Source of the DNA: Octopus vulgaris
Lineage: Eukaryota
Length of the DNA: 64,000 bases
Assembly (NCBI GenBank): GCA_951406725.2
Contig: OX597820.1
Span: forward strand, 6,262,001 to 6,326,000
Direction of reading: 5' to 3'
Part shown: positions 12,405-26,194 of the stretch, in pieces
Layout of the letters: each line of letters opens with the position of its first letter
Numbering within the stretch: position 1 is the stretch's first letter
Translations under genes and position numbers: made by a program
The notes under the pieces: model-generated
What the model was told of the DNA's origin: nothing
Database searches by the model: none
What the model saw: only the letters and a program-made list of their open reading frames with translations

Positions 12405-12414
12405 TATATGCATG

Positions 12415-12450
<36 letters not shown>

Positions 12451-12465
12451 AATATATATGCATGC

Positions 12466-12500
<35 letters not shown>

Positions 12501-12502
12501 TG

Positions 12503-12539
<37 letters not shown>

Positions 12540-13321
12540 ATATATATATAAATATGTGTGTGTGTGTACAGGTAACATGTGTACCTGTTTGCTAATTGCC
12601 TTTTTCCTGCCGCATAACATACTATGTATTTATCTCTGTACACGTAGATATGTATCAATGTGTGGGAGTTATATGTGGATGTATGTATGGGTGTCTATGT
12701 GTGTTTGAGAGTGTGTGTGTGTGAATAAATTTGTGTATGTATATATTCATATATATGTAAACATTTACACATATGTGTGTGTGTGTAAGTATATGTATAT
12801 ATATATATCTATGTTTGGTTATACATATATGAAATACATTGTGTGTGCATGAGAGTATATATACACTCCATATATATATATATATATGATGCATATATAT
12901 ATGTACATATATCCATATATGTTCATATATATAAATATATGCATATATATATTTACATATGTATATGTAAACATTTACACAAATATATATGTATATATTC
13001 GTGTATATGTATTATATATATATATATATATATATCACGTATGAAATATACATATGTGTTGCGCATACGCACTTATATATACCCTTATATATATCTCTAT
13101 GCATATATTTATGCATGTATACAAATACATACGCAATCAAATCTATACAGACATCTATATTAAAATGTGCGTTTATAAATATATGCATGTTTTTTGTTTT
13201 TTTTGCATGTGAGTAATGTTTATCTTTACATGTATATCTCTGTGTCCTTATTATCATTATTATCATTATTATTATTATTGTTATTATTATTATTAGCAGC
13301 AGTAGTAGTAGTAGTAGTAGC

Positions 13322-13361
<40 letters not shown>

Positions 13362-13546
13362 AATGCATAATATCTTTATGGTAGGATATTGTTATCTCTG
13401 CTGTATTGCAATCATTGTGCAGTTGTATTTACCTTCGGTACAAACCATTGCACTTATGTTTATTAATTCATATAATTTTGTTCACACCTTAAAATACAGA
13501 AAATATTTAGAAATTCTACTTTGCAACCATCCTCTCTCGCGCCCTT

Positions 13547-13578
<32 letters not shown>

Positions 13579-13664
13579 ACACACTCACACACACTCACAC
13601 ACACTCACACACACATACACATATGTATGTGTATATTTATGTGTATATACATATATATACACAT

Positions 13665-14145
13665 TCTGATTGAATCTTCTGTGTGTTAAAATGTTCCTCC
13701 TTTCGACAATGTAAACTTACATTTAATCAAGATACATTTAATCAGAGTAGCCTGCAGTATCAAGCTCGCTCGGAAATTTACCACCTCTGAGGTTTCGCCC
13801 GCTAAAAACTCTTGTATCTTTATTCGCATACCCGGCAACCCTGGTCGCCTACCAAGCAATATAAAGAGACCGTGTTTTCAGTTTATCGTACTTCGATTCG
13901 AAAGAAATCCACAACCTTCCGTCTGAATAAACCAGTATTGTCCTCGAAACTTGTTTTTTTATATTTACAAGGGATTGCTTGAAGCTAACTTTCTCCCTAC
14001 AGCTCGATCCCTGGAGACTCGGCAATGACAGCCCGGTCTTCATTTCCGCTCTACCAGTCATTCGCTATAACAGCTGTCTGTGTTCGGAATATCTCAGCAC
14101 AGGGATCCACCCGGACTTCCGCCTTCACCGCGAACGGGTATTAAC
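13665..14145 (+). mobile_element. Interspersed repeat, possibly a solo LTR
   Basis: TATA-like ATATAAAG at ~13859, AATAAA at ~13926, ends ...TTAACA. Its first ~140 bp recur inverted at ~45800-45945 (TTGAATCTT..CGACAATGTAAACTT..TTTAATCAAGATA..TAGCCTGC..CTCGCT..GAGGTT). Confidence 0.4.
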
Positions 14146-14235
14146 ACACACATATATATATATTGAAGCTTTACTATAGCGTCGTATATTATAGACTGCT
14201 ATTTCCAGTAAACATTGGTGCACTGTTGTACCACT

Positions 14236-14288
<53 letters not shown>

Positions 14289-14290
<2 letters not shown>

Positions 14291-14485
14291 CGGGAAGCTT
14301 TACGAAAATAAACAAAAGATGAAGGCAGATTTACGAACATAAACAAAAGACGAAGGCAGTATAAGTATGGCGCTCAGGAATAGAAATAAAAGAAGTTTTG
14401 ACGTTTCGAGCCTACGCTCTTCGACAGAAAGATACACAGAAAAGAAACAAGGAGAGAAAAAAATTGCGTGTAGGGGCTAACGATC

Positions 14486-14490
<5 letters not shown>
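14289..14490 (-). mobile_element. PLE-type pLTR fragment, family H3, variant hammerhead at 14396-14432
   Basis: Minus strand UCUUU-CUGUCGA-A-GAGC-GUAG-GCUC-GAAA-C-GUC-AAAA. Embedded in (TA)n on both sides. 3' end ...AAAGCTTCCCGT(TA)n is identical to the 61809 copy. Confidence 0.75.
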
Positions 14491-14536
<46 letters not shown>

Positions 14537-14615
14537 TGAATGAAAGAATGGAGTCGAACGAAGATGTTAACAAAATTCCTTTCCATGCTGACGATAAACA
14601 TAGGATAATTCATTC

Positions 14616-14680
<65 letters not shown>

Positions 14681-14825
14681 GTGTGTGTGTGTGTGTAAAT
14701 ATACAGAACTCGGTATATGTATATTGAGTTCTATATCAGGTCATTAGTCTCAGTACGCTCAAGCGAAATACATATATGTGTATATATATATATATGCAAA
14801 CACACACATACGTACAATCATACGC

Positions 14826-14874
<49 letters not shown>

Positions 14875-16014
14875 GTGTGGCGGTGTGGGGGTGTGAGTGC
14901 AGGAGTATGGGTTTTTGTGGCTGTTATGCCTGTGATTTGAAGCAGAATTTACAGAGATTAAGTCGGGACGTGGATGAAGTGGAGAGTTTTAGATGGGAAA
15001 GATGTCGCCGTACTTTGATCCGTTTTTAAATGCTTATGTCTTATCTGTCAATGCTAATAAGATATTACTTGTCTCTCGTTACTCTAATTCCTCTCAAGTG
15101 TGTGTTTTTGTAAGCTCTGTATATCTTATAGGTGTGTACCTATTGGAGATATCAATCAGTATGCAATAGTCTTCTCCAGGCCCATGTTTTGTAGGGAAAT
15201 ATATTCTTTACGTTTCTTTATATTTTTCAACATTTTCTCTCTATCAGACGGTAGTTGTGTGAATTATTTTGTGTCATAACCGCTTTCTACAGTGAGTCAC
15301 TAAAGCGTCAGGGAAAATAGTCAATACATAGTATAACCCATCATTATTTTTGGTGCAAATACCAGCGTATCATTCCTGGAAAAGTGCATTCAATAACTGG
15401 AAAAGTGCATGTTGTTTTCCCCACAAATAACATTGCAGTTTACAGCTGTTAGATGAAATACTTATCTTAGGACGAAGTGAGAATATTGCCATAAAACCGA
15501 ACCATATTCACCGCTTAAAAACAAATTGCCAGTTTCCAATTTACTAAACCACATTGGTTCATTCATGAGTTACGCCCCTTAACAGCAATTGTCATATGTT
15601 AAAAGTCAATTAAAATGCATTTTCACGAGGATACATCAAAGAAGAGTAATGATTCCTTCCTGTCTTGCGCAATAAAATTTTTTAGTTTTGGATCGCAAGC
15701 GGCGAGATGATAGAACTGGGTTTCAAGACACTTTTAGCAGTCATGAAACTAGTAGTAACATGGATTAAGAAGAGTTTATATTAGTTTATGCTTATATTTA
15801 TGTATGTTTTTATTTGAGATTTATTTACTTTTTACTTTGCCGTTAATTGATTGGGTTTAGAGAAAATTCATCAATCTCTTTTCCTCTTGTTTTGCGAGTA
15901 CTTCTAGATTTTTGTGTAAACTTCTGGATATGCACCTACGTTCCGTACATCTCAATATTTATGCAATTATGAACGTATATGCGAAAGTATATGGTTATGT
16001 GTGTGTGCATGAAA

Positions 16015-16085
16015 CCTATTTCTTTACTACCCACGAGGGGCTAAACACAGGGAGGACAAACAAGGTCAGACAAACGGATTAAGTC
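16015..16085 (-). mobile_element. SINE family B, 3' fragment
   Basis: CTATTTCTTTACTACCCACGAGGGGCTAAACACAG...CAAACGGATTAAGTC matches 18757-18841. Confidence 0.8.
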
Positions 16086-16725
16086 AAAAAACGCAGCGCA
16101 TCTCGAAAATCCTAACCATTAAGTCACGCGTATGAATGAATATATGTATCCACACACACATGTGGACCTACTTATAAATAAACACCTACAAATGTGTGTG
16201 CACGCGCCTTCCCAGCGTTACTATTTTTCCCCCGTTCCTTCTTTTCTTTTACTGGTGAAGTACTAAAGTCTGAAACGTCAGAACCTTTCCCTTCCTTTTC
16301 AGCGTTAAACATTTTTGCCTAGTTTTCGCTCGTTGCTAAATAGAAAAACCTACCCCACTCACACACGCTCATACATACATGCATACCCATAATCTATTGC
16401 GCTGGTTTACGGTGGTTCCTTGCACAAGTTTAAGGACCAGTGTAAAGGATTAGGAGCAATGATTCTCCTCGAACAAACCCCTAAATGCACAAATATGTTC
16501 GGAATATACTTCATGTTGTAGGTAATGTATCTCCATATTCATTACTTTCATCGCAAACATACTCATCAAATACACGTATTTCGTTGTTTCTAACTCGTGT
16601 GGCAACTAATCAGATAATACTGTTATTTTTAATAGTAGCAATGTTCTTTTATATAAACATTATTAATAGCATCATACTATATAAATATTATTTTCCTTTT
16701 TATGCTTTAGTTGTTGTTGTTATTA

Positions 16726-16782
<57 letters not shown>

Positions 16783-17033
16783 CTAGTAGAATTATTAGCA
16801 TCATTAAAAGAATGTTTTCACAGCACTAAAAAAAAAGGCGGTTTGCCAGATTTTCATTTGCAATCAAGCAAAGATAGATTGCGTAATTATTCGTTAATTA
16901 CCTACTTTAGCTGTTGGTCATGTGATATCTGAAATGATTCTGAGAATATTTCCTGGTGAGACTCGCAGATATCAATGGTGACGTACTGACAATTTGAAAT
17001 ACATACTCATTCATATAAATACATACATGCATA

Positions 17034-17085
<52 letters not shown>

Positions 17086-17207
17086 GCACCTAAAAGCACA
17101 TATAAACACCTAAGTTTGCAGTATACATATACACACCTATATATACATGCATACATACACACACACACACATATATATATATATGAATATGTATGTAATA
17201 TGTATAC

Positions 17208-17266
<59 letters not shown>

Positions 17267-18058
17267 GTGTATTTCGATAATTGCACACATACACACATAC
17301 ATATATGAATGTGTATAAATATATGTGTATGTATATGCAAATATTAATATGCATATGTATATGCGTGAATATATACTATCTACCTACCTATCTCTCTCTT
17401 TCGCTCATCATATATATATATATACCATATATATATATATATATTATATATTTACATATATGTGTATATATACAGACACACACACACACATATATATATA
17501 TATATGCTGGTATATGAATACACATGTATATGCATTCCAACACATGGGTACGTGTGTGAAAGTGTGATTGGATGTACGTGCGTACGTGTGTGTGTGTGTG
17601 TGTGGTGTGTGTTTGTATGTGTGTGTTTATGCCTCTTTGCGGCTCTGTGTATTTGTTCAGAGGTGTGAAGAATACTTTAAGTTGAAAGCACACAAAACAT
17701 TTCCTTGAGTGATTGTGCCGATATAACTTCTGTTGTTTCTTCCTCCCTCCATCCCGACCGTTCTCCGCCTTCCACCGTTCTCCTACTTATTTCTAAAAAG
17801 CTTTCTGTCACAATCTATTTCGATTGAGAAAGAAAATCATCGTCGATCTTTTATCTGAAGACAGATAAATGGCTGATAGAAACATTTTACTTTGGAACCA
17901 TACACACACACACACACACATACATACATACATACATACATACACACACATGTGTACATATCTATACACATATATTATATATATATATATATAAATATAT
18001 ATAAAGATACAGAGAAGTACATGTACATATATATGTATTTCTATGTATCTATATACGT

Positions 18059-18105
<47 letters not shown>

Positions 18106-18203
18106 CATACATATATATATATATATACATACATACATATATATATATATACATTTATATATGTATATATATATATATATGTATATATATATACATTTAT
18201 ATA

Positions 18204-18246
<43 letters not shown>

Positions 18247-18291
18247 TTATATATGTGTATTAATATATATATTAATGCATATACACACACG

Positions 18292-18377
<86 letters not shown>

Positions 18378-18756
18378 CACGCAATCAAAGAAGCTCACAC
18401 AGAAACACACATACACATGTACATATTGTTTATCGTTGGTGACAAAACGCATAAAAAATTGTGACACCAATGTACACCCATACTTCTTTACGTATTTATA
18501 TATTTTGATAGCTTCGTTCTTGCTACTTTGTGTCTGTGTACAAACGGTCTTGGATGCTGTTGTGTCGGGTTAGGTGTAGTAGTAGTTCTGGTTGTAGTTA
18601 TAGAGTTGATGATGATGGTGATGGTAACGGTTGTGGTGATTGGGTGTAGGTGGCAGTGGTGACGGTGGTGTTGTTTATATTGGTGTTAGGGATCGCATTG
18701 GCGAAATTAATTGTATTGGTGTATGTTGTTTGTCTTGTGTGGGGAGAGTGTAATAT

Positions 18757-19005
18757 CTATTTCTTTACTACCCACAAGGGGCTAAACACAGAGGGGCTAA
18801 ACACAGAGGGGACAAACAAGGACAGACAAACGGATTAAGTCGATTACATCGACCCCAGTGCGTAACTGGTACTTAATTTATCGACCCCGAAAGGATGAAA
18901 GGCAAAGTCGACCTCGGCGGTATTTGAACTCAGAACGTAACGGCAGGCGAAATACGGCTACGCATTTCGCCCGGCGTGCTAACGATTCTGCCAGCTCGCC
19001 GCCTT
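18757..19005 (-). mobile_element. SINE family B, full-length young copy with 15-bp TSD
   Basis: Head AAGGCGGCGAGCTGGCAGAATCGTTAGC, B box GAGTTCAAAT, central GCCTTTCATCCTTTCGGGGTCGATAAATTAAGTACCAG (resembles the Meta/MESC-type SINE core). TSD GAGAGTGTAATATCT at 18744-18758 and 19007-19021. Confidence 0.92.
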
Positions 19006-19590
19006 AGAGAGTGTAATATCTTGTAGGTATTCTGTTGCAATGTCAGAGGGATTAGTGGTGGAGATAATCCTTATCCTTGACTTTGGACTTGATAAAAGTA
19101 TTTCACAGAAATATAAGGTTACGCACTTAAGGAGGTCATCCACGTGGAAGGTCTGAAGAGTGAAAGTTAAAATGCTGGAGGCCACAATACCGGGTGGTGC
19201 CAGGACTGATGTCATGTGGTCGTTAGATCAGGGAGAAGATATATTTAGGTAGATATGATTCTTTCTCTTTCTATTTATTTATACATTTTGTATTTTTATT
19301 ACAGTTTTATTTCGTCACTATATCAATGGGTTTACCTTTATCTGTAAACGACCGGAAGGATACATTAGTTTGGAGATGCGTTTTCACCCTGAGAGAAACA
19401 ACTGTAGGGTCTAAGGAAGGACTTATTAAAGAAACCCCGAGGAAGTATATTTTTACACTTTAGATGGATGATAACGATTACACAACATCTCACCAATGTA
19501 GTAAAGGTGTAAAAATGTGTCGAAACCATTGTAGAGATTTTGTCGATTGTTTCATTTTCCATCATTTATCTATTTGGTATATAAAGATAC

Positions 19591-19738
19591 GTGGTTAAGA
19601 AGGTCGCTTTGCAATAAGGTGGTTTAGAGTTCAATTTCACTAAGTGGCACTTTGGGAGAAACGACTTCTCTTATAGTCTTGGGTCGACCAAATCCTAGTG
19701 AGTAGAATTTGATAGACAGAAACTGTATTAAAACCTGT
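19591..19738 (+). mobile_element. SINE family A, old diverged 5' fragment
   Basis: GAGTTCAAT..GTGGCACTTTGGG..TATAGTCTTGGGTCGACCAAA..GTGAGTAGAATTTGATAGACAGAAACTG aligns with 24341-24500. Confidence 0.7.
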
Positions 19739-20669
19739 TAGGGAGGTCATCCTTGTTCTTGGTGGACTTAGACCGTCACCCATCTTAACACCATCATATG
19801 ACTTTTGGGTGTCTCTATTGGAATGGTCTCTGATGCTAAAAAATGGAGCGGTTTTCTGTATCTCACGTTTTTCTATGAAAAGGGTGAAAAATATTAAAAA
19901 TACAACAATACTATTGAGAAACGAAATATCTTTGAAATCCCACGCAGCCCCCTTAGAAACTGGGGAAAACACCAGGGAGAATGTAGTTATAAACCTGAAA
20001 ATAGAAGGAATGGTCACGGGTGGAATATCTTTGGAAACGAATTTGTTGCTGGAGAAGAGACGAGCAAAGTGACAAGGACAATATCAACCACAATGAAATA
20101 CAGAACATCTGGCCCCTACAATAACGATTTATACACAAATCAACCAGCCCTCCTCAAAGGGCTCCCACATTGGTTAAGAACAGTACCGAACTTTTAATAT
20201 GTTTCTTCTACACATAGTGTACCTTAGACTACATTTTTCAATGTACCTTTCAATTTTTAATTGTCAAGTGTAATTAGAGGGGTATTTTACAGCTCTTTCT
20301 AGTAAGTTGTGTTACTAGGTAGAGGCTTTCATGGTGGTTTGTTAGAACTTAGCTTATTCTGTTCATCGTTGTTGTTGTATAGCCCCAGGTAAGCTCCAAT
20401 TGAGCAGATTTATGACAAAAATCAATCCAGTCACGACTATCCCATCCTTTTTGGGATATATATGACTAAATTTTCAAATGTGTCGTTTCTACAATGAAGA
20501 CAGTTGTGAGAGATTTCATTGCTATTTCTAGCATGTCAAGCATTCATATTGGGGCTTTTTCTTTCACTGAGTCGTTCCGTCAATGTAGTTTTCTAAGAAG
20601 TACCGACAATTCAGCGCATGTAATATATGTAATTTATTTATTACTTTATATTGGTGTTGGTTATATATA

Positions 20670-21068
20670 GGCGCAGGAGTGGGTGTGTGGTAAGTAGCTT
20701 GCTAAACAACCACATGGTTCCGGGTTCAGTCCCACTGCGTGGCATCTTGGGCAAGTGTCTTCTGCTATAGAAGTGAGTGGATTTGGTAGACGGAAACTGA
20801 AAGAAGCCTGTCGTATATATGTATATATATACGTGTGTGTGTATATGTTTGTGTGTCTGTGTTTGTCCCCCTAGCATTGCTTGACAACCGATGGTGGTGT
20901 TTTTACATCCCCGTAACTTAGCGGTTCGGCAAAATAGACCGATAGAATAAGTACTGGGCTTACAAAGAATAAGTCCCGGGGTCGATTTGCTCGACTAAAG
21001 GCGGTGCTCCAGTATGGCCGCAGTCAAATGACCGAAACAAGTAAAAGAGTAAAAGAGAGTAAAGAGTA
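20670..21068 (+). mobile_element. SINE family A, near full-length (octopus-type tRNA SINE with internal microsatellite and LINE-like tail)
   Basis: GGCGCAGGAGTGGGTGTGTGGTAAG head, GGGTTCAGTCCC B box, internal (TA)/(TG) tract, tail GGCGGTGCTCCAGTATGGCCGCAGTCAAATGACCGAAACAAG followed by (TAAAAGAG)n. Confidence 0.92.
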
Positions 21069-21654
21069 ATATCTAAAATATATACACATCCAAACTATAA
21101 ATACAGCAGTCATAGAATAGATTAATTAGACACAAACAATGAGCCTATACATAAAACAAACACCAGCCAATAAACATATACACATATGAAACGATAACTA
21201 CACTTTTTGAATCTCCTATGAGCATTTAACTATTTAACTACTGGTTCAAAGTAGCTTAGCATTTATTGCTTTCTAAACATTTTGGTTCAATAGAGACTAA
21301 CGGTGGATCAGTAGAATTGATCCAGCGTTTAGTATATTTCTTTTTCATCTCCCAAATAACCTTTACATAAGTTCAATAAGATGTCCTATGCGGAAGTGTC
21401 ACGGTTTCCTTGGTACCAAATGCTTTGAAGGATATACACACTTGGTCACTCAACCTGCGAGAAATAGCAGCCAAGTGTCTTTCAAATCCCACGCATATCT
21501 ATTTAGGATAATGTAATCCAAGATACACTTAGACGGGATGACTTTTGATCGTGTTTGTTTAATCAGAGTTGATATAGGTCAAACAAACAACAAAGGCAAC
21601 AAAAAAGGAGATACATACGTATGTATGTAGATACATACATACATATATATATAC

Positions 21655-22037
21655 TACGGCACTCCGTCGGTTACGACGATGAGGGTTCCAGTTGATCCAA
21701 TCAACGGAACACCATGCACCTAAAATTAACGTTCAAGTGGCTGAGCACTCCACAGACACGTGTACCCTTAATGTAATTCTCGGGGAAATTCAGTGTGACA
21801 CAGAGTGTGACAAGGTTGGTCCCTTTGAAATACAGGTACAACAGAAACCCGAAGAAAGAGTGAGAGAAAGTTGTGGTGAAAGAGTACAGCAGGATTCGCC
21901 ACCACCCCCTGCTGGAGATTCGTGGAGCTTTAGGTGTTTTCGCTCAATAAACACTCACAACACCCAGTCTGGGAATCGAAATCGTGATCCTATGACCGCG
22001 TGTCCGCTGTCCTAACCACTGGGCTATTGGGCCTCCA
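21655..22037 (-). mobile_element. SINE family C, long copy
   Basis: Minus head GGAGGCCCAATAGCCCAGTGGTTAGGACAGCGG...GATTTCGATTCCCAGACTGGG. Body segment ACACGTGTACCCTTAA..TTCTC.GG.AAATTCA..GACACAGAG is shared with 56020-56186. Confidence 0.8.
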
Positions 22038-22071
22038 CACACACACACATGTATAAGACGAACTGTGAACA

Positions 22072-22610
22072 ATCTCTCTGTCTCTCTTTCTCCCTCTCTA
22101 TCTCTCTTTCTCCCTTTCTATCTCTCTTTCTCCCTCTCTATCTCTCTTTCCCCCTCTCTATCTCTCTCACTATCTATCTCTCCTTCTCCCTCTCTATTTC
22201 TCTTTCTCCCTCTCTATCTCTCTTTCTCCCTCTCTATCTCTCTTTCTCCCTCCCTATCTCTCTTTCTCCCTCTCTATATCTCTTTCTCCCTCTCTATCTC
22301 TCTTTCTCCCTTTCTATCTCTCTTTCTCCCTCTCAATTTTCTCCCTCTCTATCTCCCTCTCTATCTTTTTTCTCCCTCCCTATCTCTCTTTCTCCCTCTC
22401 TATCTCTCTTTCTTCCTCTCTATCTCTCTTTCTCCCTATCTATCTCTCTTTCTCCCTCTCTATCTCTCCCTCTCTATCTCTCTTTCTCCCTCTCTCCCTC
22501 TCTTTCTCCCTCTCTATCTCTCTTTCTCCCTCTCTCCCTCTCTTTCTCCCTCTCTATCTCTCCTTCTCCCTCTCTATCTCTCTTTCTCTCTCTCTATCTC
22601 TCTCTGTCTC
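22072..22610. repeat. Polypyrimidine minisatellite, 20-bp unit TCTCTCTTTCTCCCTCTCTA
   Basis: Roughly 25 tandem degenerate units. It explains the periodic SLSISLSPSLSLFLPLY ORFs at 22049-22633. Confidence 0.9.
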
Positions 22611-23139
22611 TTTATGCAGCATATATAGCTTAATGTGTGACGTTAAAGCTATGTCAATCTACATCAGTCCTGTCACACTGAAATATTACAAAATTGTCAG
22701 GAAAATATATTGGTTTGTCGAGTTAGGAGTGTCTGAGATACGAGCAGGTTTTAGTTGTCTGATCATGCAAACAACATTTGCCAGAAATCAAACACAATCA
22801 TCTATCGATCTTTAAACGACTTTAAATTTAGAACGCCAATCAAAATATTTAAAATACATTTTCCCGGAATGTGTTTAGAATATAATCAGGTAATTCTGTG
22901 GCTCGTATCATTTATAGAATTTAGATTTCTATAATTTCTGCTTCATAGAACTTTCATTCTTGTAAATGTAACTTATCTAATTGACATATCAACTTTATTT
23001 AGAAACTACCAAATTAAATTTAATTAATACATCAACTAGGGTATTCAGCATAAATTCCAGGAATGGTTCTGATTGAAATAATGGAAGTTTTTACGCCAGG
23101 GATTACATTCCATATTAGATTTTGATGATGAGATCAGAA

Positions 23140-23710
23140 ATACAAAGATAGTCGGAGAAATTGCATTTAAAGAATTGGTTATTTAGCGTGGGTGGGAGTG
23201 GGAGGTGTCGTTAATGGTTATCTCATTAGATATATTAAATATTGGCCGAGGCAAGAAAATTCCAACACGTCGACCAACCAATCGTTGTTGGGTCTTCAAC
23301 TAGGCTCGGCATTCGTCTATTATTCATGGTAAAAGAGATTAAGGATAGCATTCGCTGCAAAGGAGTCTTCATATTTGTGGTATTATAAACAGTTACTACC
23401 ATGGCTGTCTTTGAGAGTCAATGAATACGAAGATAGAGGGAGAAATTGCATTTAAAGAATTACTTAACTTTGGAAAAGGCGGGAGGTGTCATTAATGTCC
23501 ATTCCATTCGATATATTAAGTATTGGCCGAGTCAAAGATATTCCAAGTTGTCGACCAACCAATCGTTGTTGAGTCTTCAACTAGGCTCGGATTTCCTCTC
23601 TTCCTTAGCGTAAAAGAGAAGGACAGCATTCGCTGTGAAGGATTTCTCTGTATATGTGGTTCTATAAACAATTCCTACCGAGGCTGTCTTTCAAAGTCTA
23701 TGATTACAGC
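23140..23710. repeat. Diverged ~285-bp tandem duplication of complex sequence
   Basis: GGAGAAATTGCATTTAAAGAATT at ~23154 and ~23439. GTCGACCAACCAATCGTTGTTG.GTCTTCAACTAGGCTCGG and AGCATTCGCTG occur in both units. Confidence 0.88.
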
Positions 23711-23858
23711 ATGCAGCGTGACTGTAGGCCAATCTCTTTCTACACAATAATCATTTCTAGATGTGGGTTTCCCGTATTGAATGCTTTGTTAACTTTCCTT
23801 CGCTCCTTCGAAATCTGCTATGGTATAACAGACTGCAACATCTGAGTTAAAAAAACAC

Positions 23859-24070
23859 CTGAGTATAATCAATAACTCACCTGACTTTAATCAATATTTG
23901 ACTTTAATCAATATATAACTTTAGTCAAGAAATGAATTGAATCAATATGTGACCTTAATCAATACCTGATTCGAAACAATATTTGACATTAACCAATAAA
24001 TAATCTTAATCAATAAGTTATTTTAATCAATACTCGATAATAAATAATCAATAAATGACCTTAATCAATA
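23859..24070. repeat. 17-bp minisatellite, consensus TGACYTTAATCAATAnn, about 12 units
   Basis: Units start at 23882, 23899, 23916, 23933, 23950, 23967, 23984, 24001, 24018, plus looser units at 23859, ~24035 and 24056. Confidence 0.85.
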
Positions 24071-24340
24071 GTTGGTATTAAACTCAAACTACAAAGGGTC
24101 ATAATTAAATACCACCGGCATTTTGACAATTCCATTCACCCACTGACCTCATACGTTGGCCAGATTCAATGATACGTGTTTGCTACAACATTTTTATGGC
24201 TTTCTCAGACTACAAGGGTCAGTGGAAGACATATTTGTTTCCTGGTCGGGGATGAACCAGGGAAATCCACAACCCATAGGATGATGCAATAGGAGGCAGT
24301 GGATTCAGAGCTTAAGGTGTCTTCTGATCAGAATGTAATA

Positions 24341-24499
24341 GCGTAGGAGTGGTTGTGTGGTAAGTAGCTTGCTTAACAACCACATGGTTCCGGGTTCAGT
24401 CTCACTGCGTGGCACCTTGGACAAGTGTTTTCTACTATAGCCTCGGGCCGACCAAAGCCTTGTGAGTGGATTTAGTAGACGGAAACTGAAAGAAGCCCG

Positions 24500-24571
<72 letters not shown>

Positions 24572-24770
24572 GTATATGTTTGTGTGTCTGTGTTTGTCCC
24601 CCAACATTGCTTGACAACCGATTCTGGTGTGTTTACGCCCCCGTAAACTAGCGGTTCGGCAAAAGAGACCGATATAATAAGTACTAGGCTTACAAAGAAT
24701 AAGTCGATTAGCTCGATTAAAGGCGGTGCTCCAGTATGGTCACAGTCAAATGACTGAAGCAAGTAAAATA
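24341..24770 (+). mobile_element. SINE family A, full-length
   Basis: Colinear with 20670-21068 over its whole length. Confidence 0.92.
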
Positions 24771-25599
24771 GGATGATAAATACTATTGAAAATTAAGTAA
24801 TCAGCTTGTTATCGATTCAAGTTGTTTCACGTTGCTAAACCATCATCTCTGTGCAATCCAGAATTATAAAAAGCGGTGCATTTCCTAACGAGGAGAAGAA
24901 TGAACACTAGCGTAGTTCGATTATAATTCCTCATAAAATCATCGAAAGAAAGATCAACACACTTTGTCTTAATTAGAACCGTTATGGCATAAAATTGATC
25001 TCTTATCGATCATTATTTACGTGGAGCCTTGAAGGCTAATTGTGGCATATTCTTTCCTGAACTCCAGGGTTAACATACGATGAAATTTAGAGAGAGAGAC
25101 TGATAAATGTCCGCTATACTGATTCCTTCTAATCAGCAGGTAGATCCGTTTTCGATAAAGTGAAGACTCTTAATGACGGAAATATTGCGGTTCCATTTTG
25201 CTAATCTCGTAGAATTCCTGATTTTCCTGATAATTTTCTATGAGAAATGCGACTGCAAACAATGCCTGTTTTAATTTTCAAGAGGTTGATTAACCTACAT
25301 TAATTACGGAGGTCACATAACTTTGTGAATCGTGGAATTAAAAAAAAAACATTTGCACTCGATGATGTTTTATTTGGGAAGCTAAAATACTGGCGAGCTA
25401 ATTGTTATTTTGAGTTTCACATACATTTGATTTACATCCGTTTGTTCAGGAAGTAATTGCTGAATGACTAAAGCCGGATACTGGCTACTCCAAAGGTATG
25501 TCGATCCTGATTGGTCAAAATAGGTTATACGACCAAATATGTGTCCGAACAGAAATATTGATTTTGAATTTTGCCGCAAGGCAAGCAAGTTCGGAGAAG

Positions 25600-25752
25600 T
25601 GGGTGAGTCGATTACATCGACCCCTGTGTTCAGCTGATACTTATTTCATCGACTCCAATACGACGAAAGGCTAAGTCGGCCTCTGTGGGATTTGAACTCA
25701 GAACGTAAGGACAGATGAAATGCCATTAAGCATTTTGCCCGCGTTGTTAGCG
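25600..25752 (-). mobile_element. SINE family B, diverged
   Basis: AGTCGATTACATCGACCCC..TTTGAACTCAGAACGTAA..GAAATGCC..AAGCATTTTGCCC. Confidence 0.8.
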
Positions 25753-26194
25753 AAGGGAAACATTAGCTCTTAAATTGTAAATGTTATGTAGCAGCTCTAC
25801 CGAAATACATATAAAGTAGGTTGGATATGTCTTTGAATCGATAGGCTGTGGATGATCGGGAGTTTGGAGACTATTGAAGGGGAATTTTCGTTGATTACAG
25901 CTTTGAAATATCTTGGATTTCTCGATAAAATAATATCACTGGCTGTTTTACTATTTGGAAATTATTGTAAGCTCTTCAAATCTGGAATTCCTTGAGGCAT
26001 AGCCTACGATACGTTGATTCTTGGTAACATAAAGAAGCTGTGACGACGATACTCCATGTTACTGGAATATCATTCTGACTGGCTTTTTCCGAGGACCAGA
26101 CAAATTAGGACAAAGAAGAGGAATATTCTTCATCACTTCTGCCGTATTTATGGTTTCAGAAGGAGCATTCTCTCATACTCATTTTTAAAATATT

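Noticed and set aside
19750-20190. Overlapping 87-aa and 125-aa ORFs in complex sequence
   Set aside because: No recognisable motif; they start at non-ATG codons or run into a SINE fragment. Probably old TE debris.
23859-24070. CRISPR-like appearance of the periodic array
   Set aside because: 17-bp period with no unique spacers, eukaryotic context and no cas genes.
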